From positions 62,001 to 126,000 of the forward strand of contig CDROCS010001760.1 in assembly GCA_977020255.1 (NCBI GenBank): a stretch of DNA of 64,000 nt, written 5' to 3'. Origin of the DNA: Obrimoposthia wandeli. Taxonomy: Eukaryota. The position numbers and the translations under genes were made by a program. Under the pieces are notes generated by a model. The model had not been told where the DNA came from. It saw only the letters and a list, made by a program, of their open reading frames with translations, and did no database searches. Shown in pieces: positions 29,835 through 39,614 of this stretch. Position 1 is the first letter of the stretch. Each line of letters begins with the position of its first letter.

Positions 29835-31982
29835 TTAGTTTAATTTTTGCTGTTTTTGTTCGTTCAGTAGCTTAATAAAATGATCTAATTTTACAGGTCG
29901 GCTGAAGACATAACCTTGTACCGAATTACATTTATTTCTGACCAGAAAGCTTAACTGTTCTTCGGTTTCTACACCTTCTGCCGTAACGCAAAGATTTAAG
30001 TTATGTGCCATGGCAATCACGGCACGTACTATCGCTTTATCGTTATCATCAGTAACAATTTCTTTAATAAATGATCGATCAATTTTCAAATAATCTAAAG
30101 GTAGTTTCTTCAAATATGACAATGAACTATAACCGGTACCAAAATCATCAACCGATACGCTCATACCAATCATTCTGACTTTACTCAGTAGTTTTTCAGC
30201 TATTGAGTAATCATCAACGAGTAGATCTTCAGTGACTTCTAGTTCCAATAAGCACGGATTAACGTCGTTGTCTTTAATACAAGCGCGCAGATGAGAGAAT
30301 AGCTTTTCATCGCTGACTTGGGTTGGTGAAAGGTTCATGGATATTTTAATGTCAAAACCTAATGCACTGATTTTTTTTGATATTTGACAAGTGCGACGAA
30401 TAACCCACTCTCCGATAGCAACAATTAAACCGCTCTTTTCTGCGACCGGAATGAAATCGTTAGGGCTAATCAAGCCTTTTTCTGGGTGGTTCCAACGGAT
30501 TAATGCTTCAGCTTTATTGATGCAATTAGTTTTTATATCGATGATGGGTTGTAAATACAATTCGAATTCGTTGTTTGTTAACGCTAGTTTTAAATCTTGC
30601 TCTAATTTTATTAAATTATGCGAATCATCTTTCATTGATTTTGAGTAAAACAAGACAGAATTCTGTTTTTTTTGTTTACCGTTATAAGCACTCAAGTCAA
30701 CGAACTTCATTAATTCTTCCACACTTTGTGCGTCATGAGGAAAGTTAGCAGCACCGATACTAACGCTGATATGAAAATCTTCGGCTTTACTGGTGTAGAA
30801 CGGCTTATTGATATTGTCTATGATGCGTTGTATTGCGGATTCACAGCCGACTTGGTTATCAATGTTATTAAGAATAATGGCAAATTCATCACCGCCAACT
30901 CGAGCGATAAAATCTGAGGTTTTAATGACGCTACTGATGCGGTTACTCAGTTCTACTAACAGTTTGTCGCCTTCTTCATGGCCATAGAATTCGTTATGCT
31001 GCCTGAAGTTATTGATATCTACATACAGTAAATAAAAGGGTTGGCTTGATGTCACATGCCCTTCTAAGGTTTGCCAAAAAGAAAACCTATTTGGTCGCCC
31101 AGTTAGCATGTCTTGTAAAGCCAGTTGCTCATTGCGCTGTACTAGATGTTTTATCTTGCTGATGTCATTAGCAAATATGATCCAGTTTTCTACTTCGTTG
31201 AGTTTATTTTTTACCGGGTAAAAGCCAATTTTTAGCCATTTTAATGTCGCTGGCGGCAAAATCCAACATAACTCACCATCCCAACTTGAATTGGTTGATA
31301 ATATTCGTTCATATTCGGGAAGCTGATTTTTCATCAGATCGATGATGATATCGATTGGTCGAGTCGTTTGCGCATTCATCATTTTATTTTGCTCAAAAAG
31401 ACTCAGTGCCGCTGAATTTTCAATACTGGTGGTAAAATCACTGCTGGCAATTAATACCGCAAACTCGGCATTTTCAATTACTTTGGCCAATGTAGCTAAT
31501 ACATTACTTTGTTCGGGCGAGTTTTTTAGAATAGACAGTAAACGGGTATGTAAGTATTCATTTTTCAGAAAAAGTCGATCGTAGGATAGTAAAACCTCAC
31601 GTGCGAGCTGTTTGGTTTTTTGCTGAAGAGTAAAGTTTTCTAATTGATTCGCAATCACTAAAAGGTTTTGTTGATCATACTTGATTGCGATAGCTTCTAA
31701 GTGCAATTCTTTATTATTACTGGTGATTTCGGTCCATAAACCTGAGCGTAACTTTCCATTACTTGCTTCATGCCATATCAATCTGGCATCGATAAGAAAA
31801 TCGAGTAAGAAAGGTGTGTCTTCGTTAATCAGAAAACTTTCTTGATTGATAGCTTGCGGGAAAAGATCTTTTATCCATGCACTATCGCCTTCAAGCAACT
31901 TTATGCTGCCTTTGTCTATGTCGATTACTTCGAGTACAACTTGCTCTAAGGCATTTAAAACTTTATTTAGTAGTGACGTCAC
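29835..31982 (-). CDS. GGDEF-EAL protein with uncharacterised N-terminal region and a PAS-like segment
   Basis: RVGGDEF, AEALIRW, DDFGTGYSSL, AEGVET; GTG start with GAGGT RBS, overlapping the GTPase gene by 20 nt. Confidence 0.92.
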   Translation of the reverse strand: MTSLLNKVLNALEQVVLEVIDIDKGSIKLLEGDSAWIKDLFPQAINQESFLINEDTPFLLDFLIDARLIWHEASNGKLRSGLWTEITSNNKELHLEAIAIKYDQQNLLVIANQLENFTLQQKTKQLAREVLLSYDRLFLKNEYLHTRLLSILKNSPEQSNVLATLAKVIENAEFAVLIASSDFTTSIENSAALSLFEQNKMMNAQTTRPIDIIIDLMKNQLPEYERILSTNSSWDGELCWILPPATLKWLKIGFYPVKNKLNEVENWIIFANDISKIKHLVQRNEQLALQDMLTGRPNRFSFWQTLEGHVTSSQPFYLLYVDINNFRQHNEFYGHEEGDKLLVELSNRISSVIKTSDFIARVGGDEFAIILNNIDNQVGCESAIQRIIDNINKPFYTSKAEDFHISVSIGAANFPHDAQSVEELMKFVDLSAYNGKQKKQNSVLFYSKSMKDDSHNLIKLEQDLKLALTNNEFELYLQPIIDIKTNCINKAEALIRWNHPEKGLISPNDFIPVAEKSGLIVAIGEWVIRRTCQISKKISALGFDIKISMNLSPTQVSDEKLFSHLRACIKDNDVNPCLLELEVTEDLLVDDYSIAEKLLSKVRMIGMSVSVDDFGTGYSSLSYLKKLPLDYLKIDRSFIKEIVTDDNDKAIVRAVIAMAHNLNLCVTAEGVETEEQLSFLVRNKCNSVQGYVFSRPVKLDHFIKLLNEQKQQKLN

Positions 31983-32481
31983 CGCTTGTGCACCTCAACA
32001 ATAGTTTAGCCATCGTTAAAAACATTTCTTCTACATTTTCACCTGTCTTAGCGCTGGTGGAAAATTGCAGGTCAAATAAATTTTTGTAGATTTCGTTTTC
32101 ACTGTTATCTAAATGCCAAGTTGCGGGTAAATCACTTTTATTTATCGCTAATATGGCAGGGCAATCGGTGACTTGTCGTGCGAGGGTATTAATGTCGATG
32201 CCTTCAAGCAAGGATGACGCTCGCGTTTGATCGACTACAATAATGTACCCTGATGCACCGCGTAAGTATCGCTCTTGAAAAACATTGTAACTATCATTAC
32301 CTTCCATATCCCATAACATGAACTGGACTTCGTCGTTTTCGATGGTGATAGTTTTTTTGTCAATTTTAACGCCAATAGTGGTGAGATATTTTTCACTAAA
32401 AATACCTTGCACATACTGTTTGACCAGACTTGTTTTTCCTACGCTGGATGCGCCTAAAAGGCATATTTTTTTCTGAATCAC
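31963..32481 (-). CDS. Rab/Ras-like small GTPase (Rup-type)
   Basis: G1 GASSVGKTS, G2 YLTTIGV, G3 WDMEG, G4 NKSD, G5 SAK; single domain of 172 aa. Confidence 0.92.
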   Translation of the reverse strand: MIQKKICLLGASSVGKTSLVKQYVQGIFSEKYLTTIGVKIDKKTITIENDEVQFMLWDMEGNDSYNVFQERYLRGASGYIIVVDQTRASSLLEGIDINTLARQVTDCPAILAINKSDLPATWHLDNSENEIYKNLFDLQFSTSAKTGENVEEMFLTMAKLLLRCTSGDVTTK

Positions 32482-32558
32482 AGCTTCACCTCCATATTTG
32501 ACCGCTACGCTCTATTAAAATACTACGCTTATTTACGATAGAGTCACTCTATAATTTT

Positions 32559-34319
32559 TTACTCATGATTAATGTATATCACGTTAAACATTACAGTTCT
32601 TGCCGTACTGCTAATGCCAACAATATCTATTTGCCCTAAACCTAAAACATACATTTTATTTCGATCTAGACCTTTGTCTCTTAAAATGTCAGCACTGTTA
32701 TTGGCTCTTTTCATACTGAGAATATCGTTAGTTGCTTTATTACCCGTGCTATCACTGCTGCCCATAATTAATAAACCAAAATTAATATTAAGAGCATCAG
32801 CAAGCTGTTCTAATTGTTGTATGTATTGAAAGAGTCGCTGTAAAGACAATTGCATTTCAGGCGTAATATCTTCACTTGCGACAGAAAAATTTAATTGGAT
32901 TGATGCTATACGGCCAATGAGGTCGTCAAATAACGCCTGTTTAACTTGCTCGCTTGTGGTTAAAGATACGGGTGTTGTCTGTTGTAATTTTTCGGTGAGT
33001 AAGTTTCTATCTTGAGTAAACCCGGCAATGGTTAAGTTTGTGATTAATTGTTCAGTCTCAGTAATGCCTAGTGTACCAAAAAGGCTGAGTACATCGTCTT
33101 GCCAAGCTAAGTTAACACTGGGGAATTTTTTTATAATACGTTGAGCACGCAGTTGTAATATTTGTCGATCAAATGAATGAAAGTTACGTTCGGTGAGTTT
33201 TAACTGTGTTGTATCTACGCCATTACTTTCCAACCAGTCGGTAATGTCTAAGGCGTCAGGGTCTCGCAAAACATCTAAACTTATATCATTGAAGTTAGCA
33301 ATATTGAGTTGCTTTACGATGACACCTGGCTGAGCATCTAAGAGCATTATTTTTTCATGCAACTGTGAGCTCTTCAACCAATTAAAACTTTGGTAGCCAG
33401 CGTAAATAGAGATGATAACAACGATTGCCCAAGCAAACCAAGGACGTTTTTTCTTGCTGTTTTTTTCAGTTTTTTCTTCTGATAAAAGGCAGTCTCGCAA
33501 CAAGCTATCGGAGGCGGAAAAATATTGATTGTCACCATCAAAGTTATTCAACTCGTCATGATATAAGCTATGTATGTTTTCTAGTGTCAACTGTAGTTGA
33601 TCGTTTATTCGTTGTGGCGGGTTACCGATAATGGCAGCAACAACCAAAGCACTAGGACCTGGCTTAATTAACAAATTAAAGTTGTCGGTACTAACCGATT
33701 GAAGTTGTTCTTTTTGCCCTTCGTGGCTCGGTGAAAACGAATCACCAACAAAGTCATTAATCGCCGTTAACATGGCTGATACAATATCAGCGTCACTGTT
33801 ATCTTTGTTATCCAATGCGATGGTATTTAATAATAGCCCGGTTTCTCTGTGGATTAAAAAAACATGTTCAACACGATAAGCGAAGGTTTGTGAGGCGGCA
33901 TATTGCGCATAGCTAACACCGCTGCGTCGTGCTTCAAAGCGCCACTTTAAGCCTTTTATGGTTAAACTGTTTTCGAGTAACTGATTAGTTTTTTCCATAA
34001 AGTCGCTGAGAAAAGCAGCAACAGATTTTCTCACCAAACTACCCACCAGCGGGTATAGCGAACTGACCATTTGTTCACTATTATGGGCTACTGAGTTTTT
34101 AACTGAGTCTTCGACGAATGGCTGTAGTACTTTATTAACAGAGTTATCTTTTTTTTGCCTATCATGTAGTGCTTCAGTAATGACATCAGCGACTATATTG
34201 CGCGCATCTTTTTTTATGCACTCTGTTATTCTGCGGTTTTCTTGCCCCAGTATTAGTGAGCGTACTTGTTCTAGTTGTTGCTCTGACTCAGCATGTTCCG
34301 CTGTAGTATCAGTTGGCAT
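32559..34319 (-). CDS. Bitopic membrane protein: cytoplasmic domain, TM helix, periplasmic region, C-terminal OmpA-like domain
   Basis: TM PWFAWAIVVIISIYAGY; OmpA motif GSSDSTG...NDILSMKRA; TAATG coupling to the upstream gene. Confidence 0.8.
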   Translation of the reverse strand: MPTDTTAEHAESEQQLEQVRSLILGQENRRITECIKKDARNIVADVITEALHDRQKKDNSVNKVLQPFVEDSVKNSVAHNSEQMVSSLYPLVGSLVRKSVAAFLSDFMEKTNQLLENSLTIKGLKWRFEARRSGVSYAQYAASQTFAYRVEHVFLIHRETGLLLNTIALDNKDNSDADIVSAMLTAINDFVGDSFSPSHEGQKEQLQSVSTDNFNLLIKPGPSALVVAAIIGNPPQRINDQLQLTLENIHSLYHDELNNFDGDNQYFSASDSLLRDCLLSEEKTEKNSKKKRPWFAWAIVVIISIYAGYQSFNWLKSSQLHEKIMLLDAQPGVIVKQLNIANFNDISLDVLRDPDALDITDWLESNGVDTTQLKLTERNFHSFDRQILQLRAQRIIKKFPSVNLAWQDDVLSLFGTLGITETEQLITNLTIAGFTQDRNLLTEKLQQTTPVSLTTSEQVKQALFDDLIGRIASIQLNFSVASEDITPEMQLSLQRLFQYIQQLEQLADALNINFGLLIMGSSDSTGNKATNDILSMKRANNSADILRDKGLDRNKMYVLGLGQIDIVGISSTARTVMFNVIYINHE

Positions 34320-34864
34320 TATAGTTGGTCATCTTCTAAATTTGTTGCCATCGTTGCGAGTAATTTAGCGAGTGTTTTTCTATCGGTTTTCGATGAGGTT
34401 AAATCTTTTGAAACAGATTCAAGGTGAGTTTTTAATTGTGCAAGCTGATCATTGAAGTTACGGGTAAGCGACTGACTCTCACTGTCTAATGCTTGTTCTA
34501 TATTTTTAAAGTCTTGCTGAGTAACGCTAACAAACATTTCGTGTTCTGAGGTTAAACTAGTGAGGTTTTTTTCAATCGCAGTTTCATTATCTTCATGGCT
34601 TTTATCTGAACGTTGTATTTGCTGTTCTATCTCAGCAAAGCGTTCGCTAATATTATCTTGCATTTTGTCTAGACGATCGGTGAAGTTAATATTTTGCGTG
34701 TTAAGCGCTTGTTCCATGTCGTTGCGCGTTGAAATAATCTGTTTTTTAAGTTGCTGCTCAGCTACGCCAAAAACAATCTGCCGTAATTGATCTAGCTCAT
34801 TGACAGGGGCTGTGTCTTCTTCGGGAGATTTTTTGATATTTTTATGATTAGGCATCGACGACAT
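34319..34864 (-). CDS. Coiled-coil hypothetical protein
   Basis: Heptad-rich Q/E/L composition; C-terminal KTDRKTLAKLL; stop codon overlaps the next start. Confidence 0.75.
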   Translation of the reverse strand: MSSMPNHKNIKKSPEEDTAPVNELDQLRQIVFGVAEQQLKKQIISTRNDMEQALNTQNINFTDRLDKMQDNISERFAEIEQQIQRSDKSHEDNETAIEKNLTSLTSEHEMFVSVTQQDFKNIEQALDSESQSLTRNFNDQLAQLKTHLESVSKDLTSSKTDRKTLAKLLATMATNLEDDQL

Positions 34865-35185
34865 TCCATTTTTATGAGACTTTCATCTAAGTTTAGTGTA
34901 AATCCAGATTTTATAATTGCCTGTTTTTCTAGGTATTTAGTTATTATAAACCCAGCTCTTGACACACTATTACACTTGCGCTGCTTTGTCTATAATTTGA
35001 ACACACCTTTCATACTAGCTTGGTTGTTTTTAAGCATAATCTGGTGATTGAGGGGGGATATAATATTTGTTCTGGAGGCATCACTGATTGATCCTAAATT
35101 TATTTAGCTTAACCAGTTCCACTCAATGCCATTGGAATGGATTTCTATAACCTGGCAGCATGTGGAGTATGGTGGAGCATGCGAT

Positions 35186-35213
35186 AAAAAAAAGCCTCAA
35201 CGCTTGTTGAGGC
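35186..35213 (-). terminator. Rho-independent terminator of the hmu-like operon
   Basis: Minus strand GCCTCAAC-AAGC-GTTGAGGC followed by T8. Confidence 0.8.
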
Positions 35214-35266
35214 CTTGGTTTTTAAACCACGATAAATAGCATGTATTCGTACCAATGTTGTCGTTA

Positions 35267-38200
35267 TTATTTATTGTTGATAATAAAACCATGGTTTTTA
35301 TTTGGTTTTCTGTTCCTACTTTGCCAAACTGCTCCACAGGCTATTAATAACAAAATGCCCGTTAAGCTATAATAGATGAAGTGGTTCGGCTCTACAGTTT
35401 GTGCGCTTTGTTTTTCCAACTTTTGTCCTTCAACTTGCTGCTCGGTTTTAGTTTCTGCAGCAGAATCGTCATTTGGCTTCGCATTATGATCAGCAAGTTG
35501 TTGGTTGTTCATTGCTTGCTGTGCTTTAGCGCTAGCGGCCATAGCTTCTAAAGTTTTTGCGGCCAGTGGCGCTAAACCAAAACCTTCGGCGAGTTCATTT
35601 ACATGGGCTTTTACCGCATCATTTAGAATGACTAAGTCATTGTTATTCACCACATCAATATATTGCTCAACAAGTTGTTTTAAACGCTCAGGGTCTGTTT
35701 GCCAATAGTCTTTACGTTCTGCTTCTAGCATGCGTTCCATCATACGGGCAAAGGCAGCGGGGTTAATGTCTTTAAACCATTCGTTGAGCTTCAGGTCGAG
35801 TTTGTCATTAACATAAATGTCTAGGTACTCATCCCATTGATCGTTTCTGATCAGGTTAGGATCAACCACTTGCCAGCCAAAAAAGTTATCCATTTTCGAC
35901 GCTAATGATACAGCACCAGAATAACCTTCTTTTTGTAACTCTTTTATCCAGCGAGGATGAAACATGCGAGTACGTAATTCTTTGGCAAGGAATAAACCTG
36001 CATCTTCGGCTTTGGCATTTTTAGCGTCACGCAAGTTGGCGATGACCATGTCAGGACTTTTACCATCAATGTTACGTACCGCTAAACTGAGTGCGCCAAA
36101 GTATTCAAACGGATCATCAGTACTTAACATACCAAATAGGTTTGACGAGCGAGCAAACATGGCGATGTCAGTGCCTGATAATTGTTTGGCGTAAAGTTGT
36201 ACTTCTTTACCGTCAGTATTTGCCGCTTTTTGTCCCCAACGGCTATTGTCAGCACCGAAGAAGTAGCCCATTTTACCCAGGTAAGTATCTGATATTTTTT
36301 TATCAGTTTCCCAAGTATCACTAGCCCATGCAGCGTCATCAACCCCTGTACCATAATCACCTGATTGATTTGAAAAAAGACGAATAGTTGATAAATACTC
36401 TGCTTCCTTCTCTTCGACACCTTCGGCCAGTAAGTCTGCTTTTACTTTTTCACTATTTTGCCAAATCGAGTTGTTGTCTTCTTTTAATGCCGCGACCTGA
36501 TTGACCGCTTTTGCTAGCATTTGCATGACATTAGGAAAAGCATCACGGTATAGACCTGTGGCTGACACCACGACATCTATACGTGGGCGCTTTAATTCGC
36601 TGTAAGGAATGATTTCGGTGCCAATAACTCGACCACTTTTACTCCATTTTGGTTTAACGCCCATGGCGTATAATACTTGAGATTCAAGTACCCCGTAGTG
36701 ACGCATAGTTTCAATTGACCATAACGAGAAGGCCATTTTGTCAGGGTAACGTTGATGCTTTTGGTAGTAATTAGCGATCATTTGTTCTGTGAGTTCTTTA
36801 CCTTGCTCGTAAGCTGCTTGGGTAGGAACGCGAGCAGGGTTAAAGCCAAACAGGTTATAGCCAGTTGCTAAAGATTCAGGGTGGCGTATTGGATCGCCAC
36901 CTGATTTAACGGGGATATATGTAGCACTCAAAAAATCAACCATGGCATCTAGCTCATGAATGCTAGCCATACTTTGATAAAGCTTTTGGCCGCGTGCAAT
37001 ATCCGCTTGCAGCTCGGTTGTTAGCTCTGTAAATGGCACTGGGCGCTGGGCTGATTGATCGTCAGCAGCGGTAATGTAGTTTTTAACGGTTAAATAACCT
37101 GATAAGCGAGTAATGTCGTTTTCTGTCGATGTATCTAAACCCTGCTTGGCATTATTTTCATCATTACCTTTACCATTTCCTTCAGCATGATTTTTCTCAT
37201 GGCCTTTCTCATGGTAAGTATGACTATGATTATCGCGGTCATCTTCATTATTTTCACCCGTTAAGCTAGTAGAGTAATATTGATGCTCAAACTCACTGGC
37301 CCTAGCAGTAAAGTCGCTACCTAGCATTTGTACTAAGGTTGAAATGGTCAGTGGCTGCTCTGGAATATAACCAAAGGTATGTAAACCTAATGGCTGATTA
37401 GCCGTTGCTAACGCTTCTAAGTGAATATGCAAGGCGTCGATAAACTCGTCAAACGCTTGGTCAATTTGCGCTTGTTCCCACGCTAGGTCTTTACAAATAT
37501 TGGTGTCAAAACATAACTGAGTTAATTGCACGGCCGTTTTTTGTTTTACGCCGCCTTGATCGAGTTGTTTATATTGATGCATTAATTCATGGAGATTTCG
37601 AATCTCACCTTCTAACCCAGCAGCAGCAAAAGGCGGGGTCATATGTGAAATAACTGTTGCACGTCCACGTCGTTTGGTTTGCATGGCTTCACCAACATCA
37701 TCAACAATAAATGGGTATACCACGGGCGTATCCCAAACCGCTAAATTACCTTGGTCATAGATAGATAAACCTCGTTCTTTTCCGCCTAAATACTCTTGTG
37801 AACCGTGGGTACCTAAATGTACTATCGCGTCTGACTGCCAGTATTCGCGGGCATAATAGTACGCGGCTAAGTAGAAATGATTGATGGGTACTAAACCTTG
37901 ATGATAAATCATATTCTCGTCATTTTTATCATCAGATCGAGGAGGCTGGCGCATGATCAGCATATTGCCGTTGCGAATGCGTGGCAGGATAAAAAAGTGC
38001 TTACCGTCTTTTTCTACCGCCATAAAATTGTCTTGTGGTTGCCCCCAATGGTCAGTTATTTTTTGCGTTAATTCAGTTGGCAGGGCATTAAACCAACTTA
38101 AATAGTCGTCAATTGGCATTAATTCGGCCAAGTCATGATCTAGCAATTCGGTTAATTGATAATCACGGTAGAACGGGTCGAGAATTTTCTTGGCGTTGGC

Positions 38201-39601
38201 AACAAAATATTCTGCATCACGTTCTGCGGTTTTGTAGCCTTCATTAGCTAAGCGCTGACTAATGGCTTCAATACTTTCAGGAATATTCATAAATGACGCA
38301 CCAACATCTTTGTCGCCCCAAACAAATACCGTTAATTTTTTATCTTGGTTGGCTTTATATTTTAAGTTAACGACATTAATCGCTTTATTTACTAGATGCT
38401 CGAGTTGGTAGTCGATAACTTCAACATTTTGGTCACTCATATTCATCGCGGCTACAATCATAGGATCAATCACGCCGGCGTTTTCTGGTAACACTAAAGT
38501 GAATGACATCATATTGGCGCTGACGCCTTGCATATCAGCTTCCCATGTTTCTTTATCACCAGAATAATAAGTCATTGCTTGCATGACAGGCACATTGAAT
38601 TTTTCAAACTCGACTTTACGTTGATTAGCCCAATGAATGTTACGAAAGTTGATGATCAAATCAACATCGGTTTCTTTATTCGGCTCTTGGCCATTAATCT
38701 GCCCAACAACCTGGCCATCTTTAGTGATTGGTAGTTGTAGCAAATGGCTATAGTCGCTGGTAACAGGACTTAGTTTAAAAAAGAAGGGGACAACGTAAGC
38801 ACCTTTGGCTTCTAGCTGGGCGATGGTGGCATCAATTAATTGCGTTTGCTCAGACTCTATTAATGCGCGTTGCATTAATATCGCTATTTTAGGTTGTTGC
38901 GGTTTAACTGGGCGGCGTTTTTTATATTCGGCTAAATCTTTGATAATAACATCGGGCAATGTTGGGTGATAAATGCCTTGGTGTGGAAAAATAATAGGCG
39001 CGGGCACTTTACTGGCGCCGGCGGTTTTACTAACATCAGAAGCTGTTGAGTTTGCTCGCGATGACACTGCTTGCGTTGCAGCTTCTTGCTGTTGGGTGCT
39101 AAAATTTTCTGCAATGTAGGACAGCATATTATCGAGATTACGACGGCCAGCGTTCATCCAATAATCTTCTAAAGTACTGGCATTATCAGCGCTTAACGCT
39201 TTATTGAGTTTAGCGTTTTGTAAATATTTAAAAGCAACGACGGCAGAATTTACTTGGCTGATTGCTTCGGCGTAGTTATCAAAAGCGGCACTGGCTTCTC
39301 GCACTGATACGGCATCGAGAATGACTAAATCATATTGATTAAACAAGCTGACCAGTGTGCTTTTTTGGTTAGTCGCGTCGAGCAATGACTTTGCTGACTT
39401 TTGTTGGATATGCCAAGTTGTGGCTGTTTTTTCTTTTGCGAGCTTTTTTAATAGCGATATTTTTGCCGTATTCGCATGAGCTGTGCTGATAAATAACACA
39501 CGATGTTTGGTGCTGTTTTCTGCCGCGGTGGCGAAAGCGTTATATAAAATACTGACGAAGCCGAGCAAAATTACGGCCAATGTGATTAATTTTTTTTTCA
39601 T
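35267..39601 (-). CDS. CobN/BchH-like chelatase-family protein with signal peptide and C-terminal TM anchor (HmuS/BtuS-like)
   Basis: HLGTHGSQEYLGGK, YPFIVDDVGEAMQTKRRG, RPRIDVVVSATGLYRD, ELRTRMFHPRWI; N-terminal leader and C-terminal hydrophobic helix with basic tail. Confidence 0.88.
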   Translation of the reverse strand: MKKKLITLAVILLGFVSILYNAFATAAENSTKHRVLFISTAHANTAKISLLKKLAKEKTATTWHIQQKSAKSLLDATNQKSTLVSLFNQYDLVILDAVSVREASAAFDNYAEAISQVNSAVVAFKYLQNAKLNKALSADNASTLEDYWMNAGRRNLDNMLSYIAENFSTQQQEAATQAVSSRANSTASDVSKTAGASKVPAPIIFPHQGIYHPTLPDVIIKDLAEYKKRRPVKPQQPKIAILMQRALIESEQTQLIDATIAQLEAKGAYVVPFFFKLSPVTSDYSHLLQLPITKDGQVVGQINGQEPNKETDVDLIINFRNIHWANQRKVEFEKFNVPVMQAMTYYSGDKETWEADMQGVSANMMSFTLVLPENAGVIDPMIVAAMNMSDQNVEVIDYQLEHLVNKAINVVNLKYKANQDKKLTVFVWGDKDVGASFMNIPESIEAISQRLANEGYKTAERDAEYFVANAKKILDPFYRDYQLTELLDHDLAELMPIDDYLSWFNALPTELTQKITDHWGQPQDNFMAVEKDGKHFFILPRIRNGNMLIMRQPPRSDDKNDENMIYHQGLVPINHFYLAAYYYAREYWQSDAIVHLGTHGSQEYLGGKERGLSIYDQGNLAVWDTPVVYPFIVDDVGEAMQTKRRGRATVISHMTPPFAAAGLEGEIRNLHELMHQYKQLDQGGVKQKTAVQLTQLCFDTNICKDLAWEQAQIDQAFDEFIDALHIHLEALATANQPLGLHTFGYIPEQPLTISTLVQMLGSDFTARASEFEHQYYSTSLTGENNEDDRDNHSHTYHEKGHEKNHAEGNGKGNDENNAKQGLDTSTENDITRLSGYLTVKNYITAADDQSAQRPVPFTELTTELQADIARGQKLYQSMASIHELDAMVDFLSATYIPVKSGGDPIRHPESLATGYNLFGFNPARVPTQAAYEQGKELTEQMIANYYQKHQRYPDKMAFSLWSIETMRHYGVLESQVLYAMGVKPKWSKSGRVIGTEIIPYSELKRPRIDVVVSATGLYRDAFPNVMQMLAKAVNQVAALKEDNNSIWQNSEKVKADLLAEGVEEKEAEYLSTIRLFSNQSGDYGTGVDDAAWASDTWETDKKISDTYLGKMGYFFGADNSRWGQKAANTDGKEVQLYAKQLSGTDIAMFARSSNLFGMLSTDDPFEYFGALSLAVRNIDGKSPDMVIANLRDAKNAKAEDAGLFLAKELRTRMFHPRWIKELQKEGYSGAVSLASKMDNFFGWQVVDPNLIRNDQWDEYLDIYVNDKLDLKLNEWFKDINPAAFARMMERMLEAERKDYWQTDPERLKQLVEQYIDVVNNNDLVILNDAVKAHVNELAEGFGLAPLAAKTLEAMAASAKAQQAMNNQQLADHNAKPNDDSAAETKTEQQVEGQKLEKQSAQTVEPNHFIYYSLTGILLLIACGAVWQSRNRKPNKNHGFIINNK

Positions 39602-39614
39602 AGTGTTTCTATCG

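Noticed and set aside
32559-34319. Type VI secretion TssL/TagL or flagellar MotB
   Set aside because: It has a TM+OmpA layout, but no T6SS or motA genes are adjacent and the long cytoplasmic part does not resemble DotU or MotB
35092-35120. TGATCC as a further RpoE promoter
   Set aside because: No CGTA at the 16-nt spacing and no suitably oriented downstream gene
35267-39601. Aerobic cobalamin biosynthesis cobaltochelatase CobN
   Set aside because: The protein is exported and membrane-anchored, there are no cobS/cobT or other cob genes in the window, and the context is hmu-like
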